This document shows positions 1 to 11,112 of a DNA stretch of 50,824 bases, in pieces. Within the stretch, counting starts at the first letter, position 1, and each line of letters opens with the position of its first letter. The DNA comes from Deltaproteobacteria bacterium. GTDB lineage: Bacteria; Desulfobacterota; Deferrimicrobia; Deferrimicrobiales; Deferrimicrobiaceae. The notes below the pieces were generated by a model that saw only the letters and a program-made list of their open reading frames with translations, searched no databases and was not told the DNA's origin. The DNA lies in contig DAOUUI010000001.1 in NCBI GenBank assembly GCA_030668225.1, forward strand, positions 1 through 50,824. Reading direction: 5' to 3'. Position numbers and translations under genes: made by a program.

Positions 1-159
1 GAGGAATCTATGCACCTTCTCGTCTGAATACGGACCCGTATTCATCTGTGCACAGCCGATTCAGTCGTCGAACCAGAAATCCTGGAAAACCGGTTTGCCG
101 GTCTTTTTCCCCTTTTCCAACGCCACGTCGAAGTCTCTTTCCCACTGGATCCCGGCCAT
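1..159 (-). CDS. Thioredoxin-fold protein, 5' part only (runs off the window); in-frame TGA at 63..61 read as candidate selenocysteine, giving a U-I-G-C redox motif
   Basis: ATG at 159..157 with GAGGAG 5 nt upstream. Translation is MAGIQWERDFDVALEKGKKTGKPVFQDFWFDD-TGA-IGCAQMNTGPYSDEKVHRFL, open in the same frame to position 1. It resembles N-termini of DUF255/Thioredoxin_7-type proteins (KP-hFhDF-x-WCxxC-x-M). Absent from the ORF track because the TGA splits it. Confidence 0.5.
25..44 (-). promoter_or_regulatory. SECIS-like stem-loop downstream of the in-frame UGA
   Basis: Minus-strand RNA UGAAUACG-GGUC-CGUAUUCA: perfect 8-bp stem with a 4-nt loop containing GU. It starts 16 nt after the UGA at 63..61. 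Confidence 0.4.
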
Positions 160-247
160 GTTCACTCCTCGCACCGGATGGTGCTTGCGGCTTTTCCCTT
201 TGGATGCGACGAGAATGCCGCAGGTTCCAATAGGGAAGGCGGGCCTG

Positions 248-276
248 TCCTCCGTAGCGCGAAGCGCGAAGGAGGA
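248..276 (-). other. Compound hairpin directly after the mutase stop codon
   Basis: TCCTCC-TTC-GCGC-TTC-GCGC-TAC-GGAGGA on the minus strand (outer 6-bp and inner 4-bp stems). No U-tract follows, so it is not a canonical terminator. Confidence 0.3.
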
Positions 277-1968
<1,692 letters not shown>

Positions 1969-1977
1969 CCCGTCCCC

Positions 1978-2478
1978 CTATTCCACCAGAAGCAGCTTCG
2001 ACCCCAACTCGACGACCTCCCCTTCCTTCACGAAGATCTCCTTGACCTTTCCCGTGACGGCGGACTTCAGCTCGTTCTCCATCTTCATCGCCTCGACAAC
2101 GATCACGCCCTGGTCGGTCTGCACCTCCTCTCCCTCGGCGACCAGCAGCTTCAACACCTTCCCCGGCATCGGCGAGGTGACCAGGGCCTTCCCCACCGCG
2201 CCCTTCCACCCCGCCCGGATGAGCGCCTTGCGTTGCTCGTTCATCAGGGAGAACTTGTAGCAGTCCCCTTCGATCAGCACCTCGTACTCGTCGTCCCTCC
2301 CCTGGACGTCCACCTCGAACGATTCGGTGCCGTACAGGATGGACCAGACGCTGTCCTGGACCTGGTGGGCGTCGACCAGATACTCCTTCTCGGCGCCCGT
2401 AACCATGTACCGGGCGACCCCGACCTCCTTCACCGTGACCTTGACTTCCCTCTCCCCGATTGTGGCAATGTAGTTCAT
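1978..2478 (-). CDS. Biotin carboxyl carrier (biotinyl/lipoyl attachment domain) protein
   Basis: 166 aa with a C-terminal VVEAMKMENEL biotinylation motif. GGAG lies 7 nt upstream of the ATG. Confidence 0.85.
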   Translation of the reverse strand: MNYIATIGEREVKVTVKEVGVARYMVTGAEKEYLVDAHQVQDSVWSILYGTESFEVDVQGRDDEYEVLIEGDCYKFSLMNEQRKALIRAGWKGAVGKALVTSPMPGKVLKLLVAEGEEVQTDQGVIVVEAMKMENELKSAVTGKVKEIFVKEGEVVELGSKLLLVE

Positions 2479-2487
2479 CGATCGCTC

Positions 2488-3999
2488 CTACAGGATTTTC
2501 GGCATTCCGGGGCGGGAGGAATACTTCCACATCGAGACCGGTTCCCCGGTTCCCGAGGGGCGCCCCGCGATCGCCTGCTTCCTCTCGTCGAGGTAAAGCT
2601 GGATCGCGGCGGCGATCACGGCGACCTCGAAGTGAGGGAGCTCACGCTCCCTTTCCGCCGGGAAAAACACCTTGTCGATGAAGTTGGTGTCGAAATCCCC
2701 CTCGAGGAAGTGTCGATTGTTCATCACCCGGATGTGGAACGGGATCGTGGTCTTGACTCCCGTCACGACGTATTCGTTGAGCGCCCGCCTCATCCGGGCG
2801 ATCGCCTCCTCCCGATCCTTCCCCCAGGCGACCAGCTTGGAAATGATCGGATCGTAGTAGATGGGAATCTCGAACCCCTCGAAGACTCCCGAGTCGTCCC
2901 GCACGCCGGGTCCACCCGGCGTCCGCAGCGAGGAGATGAGGCCGGGGCACGGCATGAAGTTCCTGTCGGGATCCTCTGCGTAGACCCGGCACTCGATCGC
3001 ATGGCCGGTCTGCTTCACGTCCTCCTGGCGGAGGGAGAGCTTCTCGCCCGCGGCAATCCGGATCTGCTCCTTCACGATGTCGACCCCCGTGACCATCTCC
3101 GTGACCGGGTGCTCGACCTGGAGCCGCGTATTCATCTCGAGGAAATAGAAGTTGATGTTCTGGTCCACGAGAAATTCGACCGTTCCGGCGCCCTCGTACT
3201 TCGCCGCCCGCGCGGCGTCCACCGCCACCTTCCCCATGGCCGCCCGAACTTCGGGCGTGATGACCACCGACGGGGACTCCTCGATCACTTTCTGGTGCCG
3301 TCTCTGGATCGAGCACTCCCGCTCGCCCAGGTGGACGTAGTTTCCGTGCCGGTCTCCCAGGATCTGGATCTCGACATGCCGGGGATTCTCGATGTATTTC
3401 TCGACGTAGACCGAGTCGTCGCTGAAGGCGGACTTTGCCTCCGATTTCGCCATCCGCAGCGCGGAGTGAATGTCCCCCTCGGTTTTCACCAGGCGCATCC
3501 CCTTCCCGCCGCCGCCCGCGGTGGCCTTCAGCATGACCGGGAATCCGATCTCCCCTGCTACCCGGAACACCTCCTCCTCGGTGGTGATCGGTTCCACCGT
3601 GCCGGGGACCACCGGGACACCCGCCGCCTGCACAGTTTTCCTGGCGATCGTCTTCGATCCCATAGCCCGCATCGAGTGTGCCGAGGGACCGACCAGCTTG
3701 ATCTTTTCCTTCTCACACCTTTCGGCAAACAACGGGTTTTCCGCAAGAAATCCATATCCGGGGTGGATCGCTTCCGCGCCGCTTTTTTTCGCAATGTCGA
3801 TGATCTTGTCGATGACCAGATAGGACTCGGAGGCGGGGGGCGGCCCGATGAGATACGCCTCGTCGGCGCACCGGACGTGGAGCGCGCGCCGGTCGACCTC
3901 GGAATAGACCGCCACCGTGCGGACACCCATTTCCCGGCATGCCCGAGCCACGCGGACGGCAATCTCTCCCCGGTTGGCAATCAGGATTTTCTGGAACAA
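2488..3999 (-). CDS. Biotin carboxylase subunit of an acyl-CoA (propionyl/acetyl-CoA) carboxylase
   Basis: 503 aa. MFQKILIANRGEIAVRVARACREMG start, ATP-grasp GGGGKGMR, and EMNTRLQVEHPVTE. Confidence 0.92.
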   Translation of the reverse strand: MFQKILIANRGEIAVRVARACREMGVRTVAVYSEVDRRALHVRCADEAYLIGPPPASESYLVIDKIIDIAKKSGAEAIHPGYGFLAENPLFAERCEKEKIKLVGPSAHSMRAMGSKTIARKTVQAAGVPVVPGTVEPITTEEEVFRVAGEIGFPVMLKATAGGGGKGMRLVKTEGDIHSALRMAKSEAKSAFSDDSVYVEKYIENPRHVEIQILGDRHGNYVHLGERECSIQRRHQKVIEESPSVVITPEVRAAMGKVAVDAARAAKYEGAGTVEFLVDQNINFYFLEMNTRLQVEHPVTEMVTGVDIVKEQIRIAAGEKLSLRQEDVKQTGHAIECRVYAEDPDRNFMPCPGLISSLRTPGGPGVRDDSGVFEGFEIPIYYDPIISKLVAWGKDREEAIARMRRALNEYVVTGVKTTIPFHIRVMNNRHFLEGDFDTNFIDKVFFPAERERELPHFEVAVIAAAIQLYLDERKQAIAGRPSGTGEPVSMWKYSSRPGMPKIL

Positions 4000-4011
4000 G
4001 GCCGGCCTCCT

Positions 4012-5556
4012 TTACAGGGGAATGTTGCCGTGCTTGCGCGGCGGGTTCGATTGCCGTTTGTTCGAAAGCATCTCGAGGGCCGTGATCACCTTGGGCCTGG
4101 TCTCCTCCGGCATGATGACCTCGTCGATGTACCCGAGTTCGGCCGCCTTGTAGGGCGATGCGAAACGGGTGCGGTAGTCGGCGACCAGCTCCGCCTTGGT
4201 CTGTTCCGGGTTGTCCGACTTGACGAGTTCCTTCCGGAAGATGATGTTGACCGCCCCGTCCGGGCCCATCACGGCGATTTCAGCGGTCGGGTAGGCGTAG
4301 TTCACGTCGCCCCGGATGTGCTTGGACGCCATGACGTCGTATGCCCCCCCGTAAGCCTTCCGGGTGATGACGGTCACCTTCGGAACGGTCGACTCGGCGA
4401 AGGCGTACAGAAGCTTCGCCCCGTGCTTGATGATCCCCCCGTGCTCCTGGCCGGTTCCCGGCAGGAAGCCGGGAACGTCGACGAACGTCAGAAGCGGGAT
4501 GTTGAACGCGTCGCAGAACCGTACGAACCTCGCTCCCTTGATCGAGGAGTTGATGTCGAGACACCCGGCGAGGACCGCGGGCTGATTGGCCGTGATCCCG
4601 ACGGGCCGCCCGTTCATCCGGGCGAACCCGATGACGATGTTCTTCGCGTAATGTTCCTGGATTTCGAAGAAGTATCCGTCGTCGACCACCTTTTTGATGA
4701 CGTCCCGAATGTCGTACGGCTTCGTCGGGATGTCGGGAACGATCTGGTTGAGGCTCTCGTCCATCCGGTCCGGAGGATCCTTGGTGGCGATGACGGGGGG
4801 GTCCTCCATGTTGTTCTGCGGCAGGAAGGAGAGGAGTTCGCGGATCAGGAACAGGCACTCCTTCTCGTCCTCGGCGGCGAAGTGCGCCACTCCGCTGCGC
4901 TCGTTGTGCGACATCGCCCCGCCCAGAGCCTCCTTGGTGACCTCTTCGTGCGTCACCGTCTTGATGACGTCGGGACCGGTCACGAACATGTAGGAGGTGT
5001 TCTTCACCATCAGGATGAAGTCCGTGATCGCCGGGGAGTACACCGCCCCTCCCGCGCACGGCCCCATGATGGCGGAGATCTGGGGAATGACACCCGAATA
5101 GATCGTATTCCGCAGGAAAATGTCCGCGTACCCGGCCAGGCTCTGGACCCCTTCCTGGATCCTTGCCCCCCCGGAATCGTTGAGGCCGATGAACGGCGCG
5201 CCGTTGCGGGCCGCGTGGTCCATGATCTTGCACACCTTCTCCGCGTATGTTTCGGAGAGCGATCCGCCGAATACGGTGAAATCCTGTGCGAATATGTAGA
5301 TCAGACGTCCGTTGATCTTCCCGTATCCGGTGATGATGCCGTCCCCCAGGAACTTTTCCATCTCGAAATCCGCGCACCGGTGCTGTACGAACCGGTCAAG
5401 CTCCACGAAGGAATTCGGGTCCAGGAGAAGCTCGATCCGTTCCCGTGCCGTGAGTTTCCCCTGTGCGTGCTGCGTCTCGATCCGTTTCTTCCCGCCCCCT
5501 TCCATTGCCTGGGCGTTTTTTTTGCGCAGTTCGTCGAACTTCTCCTGAAGAGACAT
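4012..5556 (-). CDS. pccB: Acyl-CoA carboxylase carboxyltransferase subunit (propionyl-CoA carboxylase beta / methylmalonyl-CoA carboxyltransferase type)
   Basis: Full-length similarity pattern ([48 protein letters not shown]). Start moved to ATG 5556 (MSLQEKF) because GAGGAGGGGGG lies just upstream; the track start at 5574 is a TTG. Confidence 0.9.
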   Translation of the reverse strand: MSLQEKFDELRKKNAQAMEGGGKKRIETQHAQGKLTARERIELLLDPNSFVELDRFVQHRCADFEMEKFLGDGIITGYGKINGRLIYIFAQDFTVFGGSLSETYAEKVCKIMDHAARNGAPFIGLNDSGGARIQEGVQSLAGYADIFLRNTIYSGVIPQISAIMGPCAGGAVYSPAITDFILMVKNTSYMFVTGPDVIKTVTHEEVTKEALGGAMSHNERSGVAHFAAEDEKECLFLIRELLSFLPQNNMEDPPVIATKDPPDRMDESLNQIVPDIPTKPYDIRDVIKKVVDDGYFFEIQEHYAKNIVIGFARMNGRPVGITANQPAVLAGCLDINSSIKGARFVRFCDAFNIPLLTFVDVPGFLPGTGQEHGGIIKHGAKLLYAFAESTVPKVTVITRKAYGGAYDVMASKHIRGDVNYAYPTAEIAVMGPDGAVNIIFRKELVKSDNPEQTKAELVADYRTRFASPYKAAELGYIDEVIMPEETRPKVITALEMLSNKRQSNPPRKHGNIPL

Positions 5557-5626
5557 GCCTTCCCCCCTCCTCAAGGCAATGTGCGAAGCGGTGATGGTGT
5601 TTCATATCATCCCGCCCGACGGGATG

Positions 5627-6895
5627 TCAACGACTCGAAAATGCTTTGGAAACGAGCTCCGCGATGTGGACGACCCGAAGAGAGGGGTCGGTGCGGGCGG
5701 CCATGTCCCGCATCTGGAGGATGCAGCCGGAACAGGCGGTGGCAATCACGGCGGCTCCTCCCCCCGCCGCAACGGAAACCTTGTTTTGCCCGATCTTCGC
5801 GGAAGTCGGGTAATCGCGGATATTGAACGTTCCCCCGTACCCGCAGCAGAGTTCCGCGCCCCGTAATTCGGAGTAGGAGTCCCCGACCGTCCTGCGCAGC
5901 ACTTCTCTGCCCTCCGGTCCCTTCCCCAGGGTCCCGGAGAGATGGCACGGATCGTGGTATCCGACCTGCCCGGCCCACTCTCCCTTCGGGCGGTCGGGAA
6001 GCCGTGAGAGCACGTCCGTTTCGAGGAGGAAGCTTGCGTAGTCCACGCACCGGTCCGCCACGCGGACGGCCTCCCCGTGCAGGGGATGGCCCGAAGGCAG
6101 AAGGAAGAGCATGTTCCGCCGGAACATGACGAGACAGGATCCGCACGGGAAGACGATCCGTTCGGGGGAAGCGTCGGAGAGCCGCCTCACGTTCTCCTCG
6201 ACGCACCGCAGGGCCGACAGCCGGTCCCCCGACACCAGCGCGGGAAGGCCGCAGCACGGGGCGTCGCGGAACACGGAAATCCCTTTCCCCGAGAGACGCA
6301 GCGTCTCGTAGGCGGCCCGGCCCACCTGGGGGAAGACGTGGTCAAAGACGCACCCGACAAAGAGAACCACTTCGCCGCGGACCGCCTCGCCGGGCGGGAG
6401 GGAGCCCAGAAAACTTTTCCCCGGCAGTGCCGGGACCGTCCGCCCCGAAAGCCCGAACGCCTCCGGGAACCGGTAGTGGAGCCCGCTTCCCGTGGGTACC
6501 CTGCGCAGGAAAACCTTCTGGGCGGCTGTCGCCGCCGTACGCGTCACATTCCTGGCCGTGACGGACGGCATCACCTTTCCGAAGACCACCTGTTTCCACG
6601 CCGGGATGCCCAGTTTCTCCGCCAGGTCGGCCCGCCCCTTCATGATGATCTCCTCCACCGCCACCTGGTTGGGACACTCCCGCTCGCATTTCCCGCAAAG
6701 AATGCAGTCGGACAGGGCCTCCTGCAATGCTTCCGCGTTGCCGTCCCGGTCGGAGAAAGCGGCCTCCACCAGGGTGATCTTTCCCCGGGCCACCGATATC
6801 TCCGCCTTCCGCTCCGGGTAGAGGGTGCAGACCGTTCTGCACGTTCCGCATTTTGCGCAGGCGGCAGTAAGCGTGGTGAAATCTTCGCGTTTCAC
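5627..6895 (-). CDS. (Fe-S)-binding CCG-domain protein, GlcF/HdrD-like partner of the upstream FAD oxidase
   Basis: Two 4Fe-4S motifs (CAKCGTCRTVC, CILCGKCERECP) and two CCG motifs (PCCGLPA, CCGYGG). Start set to GTG 6895, which overlaps the upstream stop as GTGA; the ATG at 6961 would overlap the upstream gene by 70 nt. Confidence 0.8.
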   Translation of the reverse strand: MKREDFTTLTAACAKCGTCRTVCTLYPERKAEISVARGKITLVEAAFSDRDGNAEALQEALSDCILCGKCERECPNQVAVEEIIMKGRADLAEKLGIPAWKQVVFGKVMPSVTARNVTRTAATAAQKVFLRRVPTGSGLHYRFPEAFGLSGRTVPALPGKSFLGSLPPGEAVRGEVVLFVGCVFDHVFPQVGRAAYETLRLSGKGISVFRDAPCCGLPALVSGDRLSALRCVEENVRRLSDASPERIVFPCGSCLVMFRRNMLFLLPSGHPLHGEAVRVADRCVDYASFLLETDVLSRLPDRPKGEWAGQVGYHDPCHLSGTLGKGPEGREVLRRTVGDSYSELRGAELCCGYGGTFNIRDYPTSAKIGQNKVSVAAGGGAAVIATACSGCILQMRDMAARTDPSLRVVHIAELVSKAFSSR

Positions 6896-8283
6896 CGGCT
6901 CACAACCTCTTCTTCCACGAATATCTTGCCCGGGTTGAGGATCCCGTTCGGATCGAAGCACCTTTTAAGCCTCTTCATCACGGAGACACCCAGAGGGCCG
7001 ACCTCCATTTCCAGGAAGGGCGCCTTGGCGATCCCGATGCCATGCTCCCCCGAAATCGTCCCCCCCAGGGAAACGGTCTTGCGGAATACCTCGGCGACCG
7101 CCTCGTCCGCCCGTATCCGCTCCTCCTCGTCCGTTCCCGAGATCATCAGGTTCACGTGGATGTTCCCGTCCCCCGCGTGGCCAAAATTGACGATCTTGAG
7201 CCGTTTTCGGGAAGCAAGGTCGCCAAGGAACGCCAGCATCTCGGGGAGACGGCTGCGGGGGACGACGATGTCCTCGTTGATCTTTACCGGGTTCACCTTC
7301 CGGAGGGCCGGAGAGATCGACCTGCGGAGCGTCCACAGCCGTTCCCGCCCCTCCGCGTCCGCCGCCCGGCTGACCTCGATCGCGCCGTACTTCCGGCATG
7401 CCTGTTCCACCCTGTCCGCCTCCCCGGTTACGGATTGCTTCGGCCCGTCCACCTCGATCAAAAGGGCGCAACCGGCGTCCTCCGGGACGGGAAGACCGGC
7501 GTTCTCGCGGACACAGTCGATCGCCGTCCGGTCCATCAGTTCCAGTGCGCAAGGGGTGATCCGCTCCCCGAAGATCCCCACCACCGCTTTCGACCCGTCG
7601 TGATTGTTGCGGAAGAAAGAAAGAATCGTCGCAGCCGCCTCAGGAAGGGGAATCAGCTTCAGGACCGCTTTCGTGACGATCCCCAGCGTCCCCTCGGAGC
7701 CCACGAGCAGCCTCGTGAGATCGTACCCGACGACTCCCTTCACGGTAGAGACCCCCGTGCGAACGAACTCCCCCGTGCCAAGCACCACCTCGAGCCCCCG
7801 GACGTAATCCCTCGTGACCCCGTACTTGACCGCGCACATCCCCCCCGCGCATTCCGCGATGTTCCCCCCGATCGTGCAGAACTTGATGGAAGCGGGGTCA
7901 GGGGGGTAGAAGAGTCCCCGTTTTCTCGCCTCTGCTTTCAGCGTCTCCGTCACCACGCCCGGTTCGACGACCGCAACGAGGTTTTCCTCGTCGATCGAGA
8001 GGATGCGGTCCATCCGCTCCGTCGACAGGACCAGTCCCCCCCGCACGGGCAACGACCCCCCCGAAAATCCGGAACCTGCTCCCCGGGGGACCACCGGGAA
8101 CCGGTGTTCGTTCGCAAGGAGAACGGTCCGGCGGACTTCCTCGGCGCTCACGGGGAAAACGACCGCCTCGGGGAGGAACATCTTTCCCGTGGCGTCGTAC
8201 GAATAGCATATCCGCTGTTCGTGGGATGTAAAAAGCCGCTCCCCGAATACCTCCCGGAGGGCGGAAAGTACCTGTTCGTCCAT
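6892..8283 (-). CDS. FAD-linked oxidase, GlcD / D-lactate dehydrogenase-like
   Basis: 463 aa. FAD-binding PCMH pattern (VVPRGAGSGFSGGSLP) and C-terminal GGTISGEHGIG. Confidence 0.88.
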   Translation of the reverse strand: MDEQVLSALREVFGERLFTSHEQRICYSYDATGKMFLPEAVVFPVSAEEVRRTVLLANEHRFPVVPRGAGSGFSGGSLPVRGGLVLSTERMDRILSIDEENLVAVVEPGVVTETLKAEARKRGLFYPPDPASIKFCTIGGNIAECAGGMCAVKYGVTRDYVRGLEVVLGTGEFVRTGVSTVKGVVGYDLTRLLVGSEGTLGIVTKAVLKLIPLPEAAATILSFFRNNHDGSKAVVGIFGERITPCALELMDRTAIDCVRENAGLPVPEDAGCALLIEVDGPKQSVTGEADRVEQACRKYGAIEVSRAADAEGRERLWTLRRSISPALRKVNPVKINEDIVVPRSRLPEMLAFLGDLASRKRLKIVNFGHAGDGNIHVNLMISGTDEEERIRADEAVAEVFRKTVSLGGTISGEHGIGIAKAPFLEMEVGPLGVSVMKRLKRCFDPNGILNPGKIFVEEEVVSR

Positions 8284-8327
8284 CGTTTTAGTTTATCACA
8301 CCGGCCGGGTTACCCCCGGGGCTTAGC

Positions 8328-8732
8328 CTACCTGCGCTCTCTCAGGAATGCCCCGAGTGCCTTGTCCATCCGACCGATGTGGTTGACGAGCCACTCTCCG
8401 ACCCGGTTCGCGATGCGAGCCGTGAGCTCGGGCGTCACCCCGTTGTTGTCGAGTTCCTGCCGGAGGTCGTAGAAATCGCTGATGAAGGTCGTGTGTTCGA
8501 TCTTGTGCGTGGGGTAGTCGGGGTAGTTGTGCCGCTTCATGTACGTCTCTTCCGTCTTGAAGTGGGTCTCCACGTATTCCTCGAGAAAGGCGACCATCTT
8601 CGTCACCTCGCCACGGCCTTCGTTCCTCTCGACGGCCGTAAGAAGAGAGTCGGCCGTGGAGAACAACTCCTTGTGCTGGTTGTCGATGACGTCCACACCC
8701 ACGGACAGGTCTTCCGTCCACCTCGCCCTCAT
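8328..8732 (-). CDS. Bacteriohemerythrin (hemerythrin-like metal-binding protein)
   Basis: MRARWTEDLSVGVDVIDNQHKELF, HFKTEE, HKIEH and NHIGRMD match the His/Glu/Asp diiron ligand pattern. Start set at ATG 8732, with GGGAGGA 7 nt upstream. Confidence 0.82.
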   Translation of the reverse strand: MRARWTEDLSVGVDVIDNQHKELFSTADSLLTAVERNEGRGEVTKMVAFLEEYVETHFKTEETYMKRHNYPDYPTHKIEHTTFISDFYDLRQELDNNGVTPELTARIANRVGEWLVNHIGRMDKALGAFLRERR

Positions 8733-9023
8733 GCTCGAATCCTCCCGGCCATCCCCCGCCACGCCGCCTCCTCCGGTTCTTCCCCGCCGAGGTGAACAGG
8801 AGACGGCAATGCTTTTCGCTTCGGCCGTCTTCTCTATAGGATCGCGATGTGCCCTGCGCCAACCAGGACGGAGACCTCTGCCCCGGTCTTCCGCACGGAG
8901 TAAAATTTGCCTTTCAGTATACCCAAAAACAGCTCCCGCGCAGGGGGGGGGGAGGATTTGTCTTTACGGCAGGCGCGTAGTTCTGATAGAAATATCGCCG
9001 AACCCTTTACAAGGAGCCCTCTC

Positions 9024-11042
9024 ATGAAATCCGTAGGCCGGGAAATCATGTGGAATCTGCCCCATCTGGCGGCTGTCATCATGTATTCCCTGCTGGGTGT
9101 TGTGATCATCATTTTCGCCTGGGGGCTGTACGAAAGGATCAGGTCGTATCGAAGAGGCAGGGCGGAACGGGAGGACCGGCTGGACAACCTGTGGGACCGG
9201 ACGGTGGATTTCCTGAAGATCGGTCTGGGGCAACAGAAGGTGCTCGAGAGGAAGGTCGGCGGGCTGACCCATCTTGCCATCTACTCCGCTTTCCTCGTCC
9301 TGTTTCTCGCTACCTGTCTCGTTGCGGTCGAGTACGACTTCGGTATCCGGATTCTGGACGGAAATTTCTACGTCGCATTCAAACTCTTCGCCAACGCGTT
9401 CGGGCTTATCCTTCTCGCGGGGATTTTCATCGCCCTGGTGCGCAGGCACCTCTTCCGGCCGAGAGGGCTTACCACGGACGGTGACGACCTCCTTCAGCTT
9501 CTGCTGATCGGAGCGATCGGGGTAACCGGATTTCTGGTCGAGGCGGTTCGTCTGGCGGCAACGGAGCCTGTCGTGGCCCCTGTGTCCTTTGTGAGCAACG
9601 CGATTGTTCCCGTTTTTCAGGGTGTGCCGCTTTCGAACCTGCTGTCGCTCCACCAGGGGCTATGGTGGACGCACCTTCTCCTCGCCTTCGGGTTCCTCGC
9701 GACGATTCCCTTCTCCAAGATGTTTCACATCGGCGCGGGCGCAGCAAACATCTTCCTGCGGACATCCCGTCCCAAGGGGGCGCTCCAGCCGGTCCCGAAC
9801 ATCGAGGAGGAGGAGAAGCCCGGAGTCGTGGACGTGGAGGACTTCTCGTGGAAACAGCTCCTCTCCGCGGACGCCTGCACGAAGTGCGGCAGGTGCCAGG
9901 ACGAGTGCCCGGCGTTCGCCGCGGAGATGTCGCTGTCCCCCCGGGACGTGGTTCTGAAAACGAGGGAACAGATGAGCCGGGACCTTTTCTCTCGGCTCGT
10001 CCCCTCCGCGGCAACCCTCGACAAGAAGACGGGGAAGCCCGTTGTCCCGGCCTTCAACCGTGACGTGCTCTTTCCGGACGAGATCTGGGCGTGCACGACG
10101 TGCCGCGCATGCATGCAGTCGTGCCCCGTGCTGATCGAACACATCGACATGATCGTCGACGTACGCCGCGGCTACGTCGCGGGAGCGAAGATCCCCGACT
10201 CCGTCCGCACCGCCCTTCGGAAGATGGGTGATACCGGGAACCCCTGGGGTCTCCCCCAGGACGACAGGATCCGTTGGGCTGACGGGCTTGCCGTCCCCTT
10301 TGCGGCAGACAAGAAAGAGTTCGAGTACCTGTACTGGGTAGGATGCGCCGGGGCATACGATCCTCGCAATCAAAAGGTGACACGTACGATCGTCTCGCTA
10401 TTGAATCTGGCCGGCGTGAACTACGCCACACTGGGTCTCGAGGAGATGTGCTGCGGGGAGTCCGCGCGCAGGCTCGGCGAGGAGGGCCTCTTCGAGTTGG
10501 GGTTGGTGGAGATGGTCAGGGAGGTGTTCGCCTCCTACAACGTCAGGAAGGTCATCACCCAGTGCCCGCACTGCTTCAACACGTTCCTGAACGAGTATCC
10601 GCAATTCGGGGTGAACGTCGAGGTGATCCACCACTCGGTGCTCCTCCAGGACCTCATCGCCCAGGGGAAGATCGTGCCTTCCAAACCCACCGACCGTCTG
10701 GTCGCGTTCCACGACTCCTGTTATCTCGGCAGACACAACGATCTCTACGACGCTCCAAGGGAAGCGCTTCAGGCGATCCCGGGAATAACGGTCAATGAAC
10801 CGGAGAAGAGCAAAGAGAGAGGATTCTGCTGCGGTGCAGGCGGGGGGGGAATGTGGGTGGAGGTTCCCGGGAAGAGAATCAACCACATCCGCTTTGATCA
10901 GTTGATGCGTACAGGCGCCAACGCAACAGGGTCCACCTGTCCTTATTGCCTCACGATGTTCGACGACGCAATCAAGTTCCACAATCTCGAGGACTCGGTC
11001 CAGGCGAAAGATATCGCGGAATTCATTGCTGAATCCTTGTAG
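9024..11042 (+). CDS. Membrane-anchored Fe-S oxidoreductase: N-terminal multi-TM (NarI/DsrM-like, His-containing helices) fused to an HdrD/DsrK/GlpC-like 2x[4Fe-4S] + 2xCCG domain
   Basis: CTKCGRCQDECP, CTTCRACMQSCP, MCCGESA and FCCGAGGG, with about 5 hydrophobic helices N-terminally. Start set to ATG 9024, with AAGGAG at 9011..9016. Confidence 0.82.
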   Translation: MKSVGREIMWNLPHLAAVIMYSLLGVVIIIFAWGLYERIRSYRRGRAEREDRLDNLWDRTVDFLKIGLGQQKVLERKVGGLTHLAIYSAFLVLFLATCLVAVEYDFGIRILDGNFYVAFKLFANAFGLILLAGIFIALVRRHLFRPRGLTTDGDDLLQLLLIGAIGVTGFLVEAVRLAATEPVVAPVSFVSNAIVPVFQGVPLSNLLSLHQGLWWTHLLLAFGFLATIPFSKMFHIGAGAANIFLRTSRPKGALQPVPNIEEEEKPGVVDVEDFSWKQLLSADACTKCGRCQDECPAFAAEMSLSPRDVVLKTREQMSRDLFSRLVPSAATLDKKTGKPVVPAFNRDVLFPDEIWACTTCRACMQSCPVLIEHIDMIVDVRRGYVAGAKIPDSVRTALRKMGDTGNPWGLPQDDRIRWADGLAVPFAADKKEFEYLYWVGCAGAYDPRNQKVTRTIVSLLNLAGVNYATLGLEEMCCGESARRLGEEGLFELGLVEMVREVFASYNVRKVITQCPHCFNTFLNEYPQFGVNVEVIHHSVLLQDLIAQGKIVPSKPTDRLVAFHDSCYLGRHNDLYDAPREALQAIPGITVNEPEKSKERGFCCGAGGGGMWVEVPGKRINHIRFDQLMRTGANATGSTCPYCLTMFDDAIKFHNLEDSVQAKDIAEFIAESL

Positions 11043-11112
11043 TCAATCCAACCAGGAAAAACAATGTGACTTTTTATGATGCAACTCTAGTTTTTTATAC
11101 AAAATATCCTAT

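Noticed and set aside
2233-5826. 1197-aa plus-strand ORF antisense to the carboxylase genes. Similar long ORFs occur at 20700..22781, 25066..27315, 31806..33404, 33658..35133, 37240..39060, 40070..41848 and 44144..45598.
   Set aside because: Their translations are R/G/P/D/H-rich low-complexity strings with no recognisable motifs. Each lies opposite a gene with clear family signatures. Open antisense frames like this are expected in high-GC DNA with strong GC3 bias.
8907-9023. Upstream extension of the membrane Fe-S oxidoreductase ORF (track start 8907).
   Set aside because: The extension is not hydrophobic or motif-bearing and it runs through the G10 tract. ATG 9024 has a consensus AAGGAG SD at optimal spacing.
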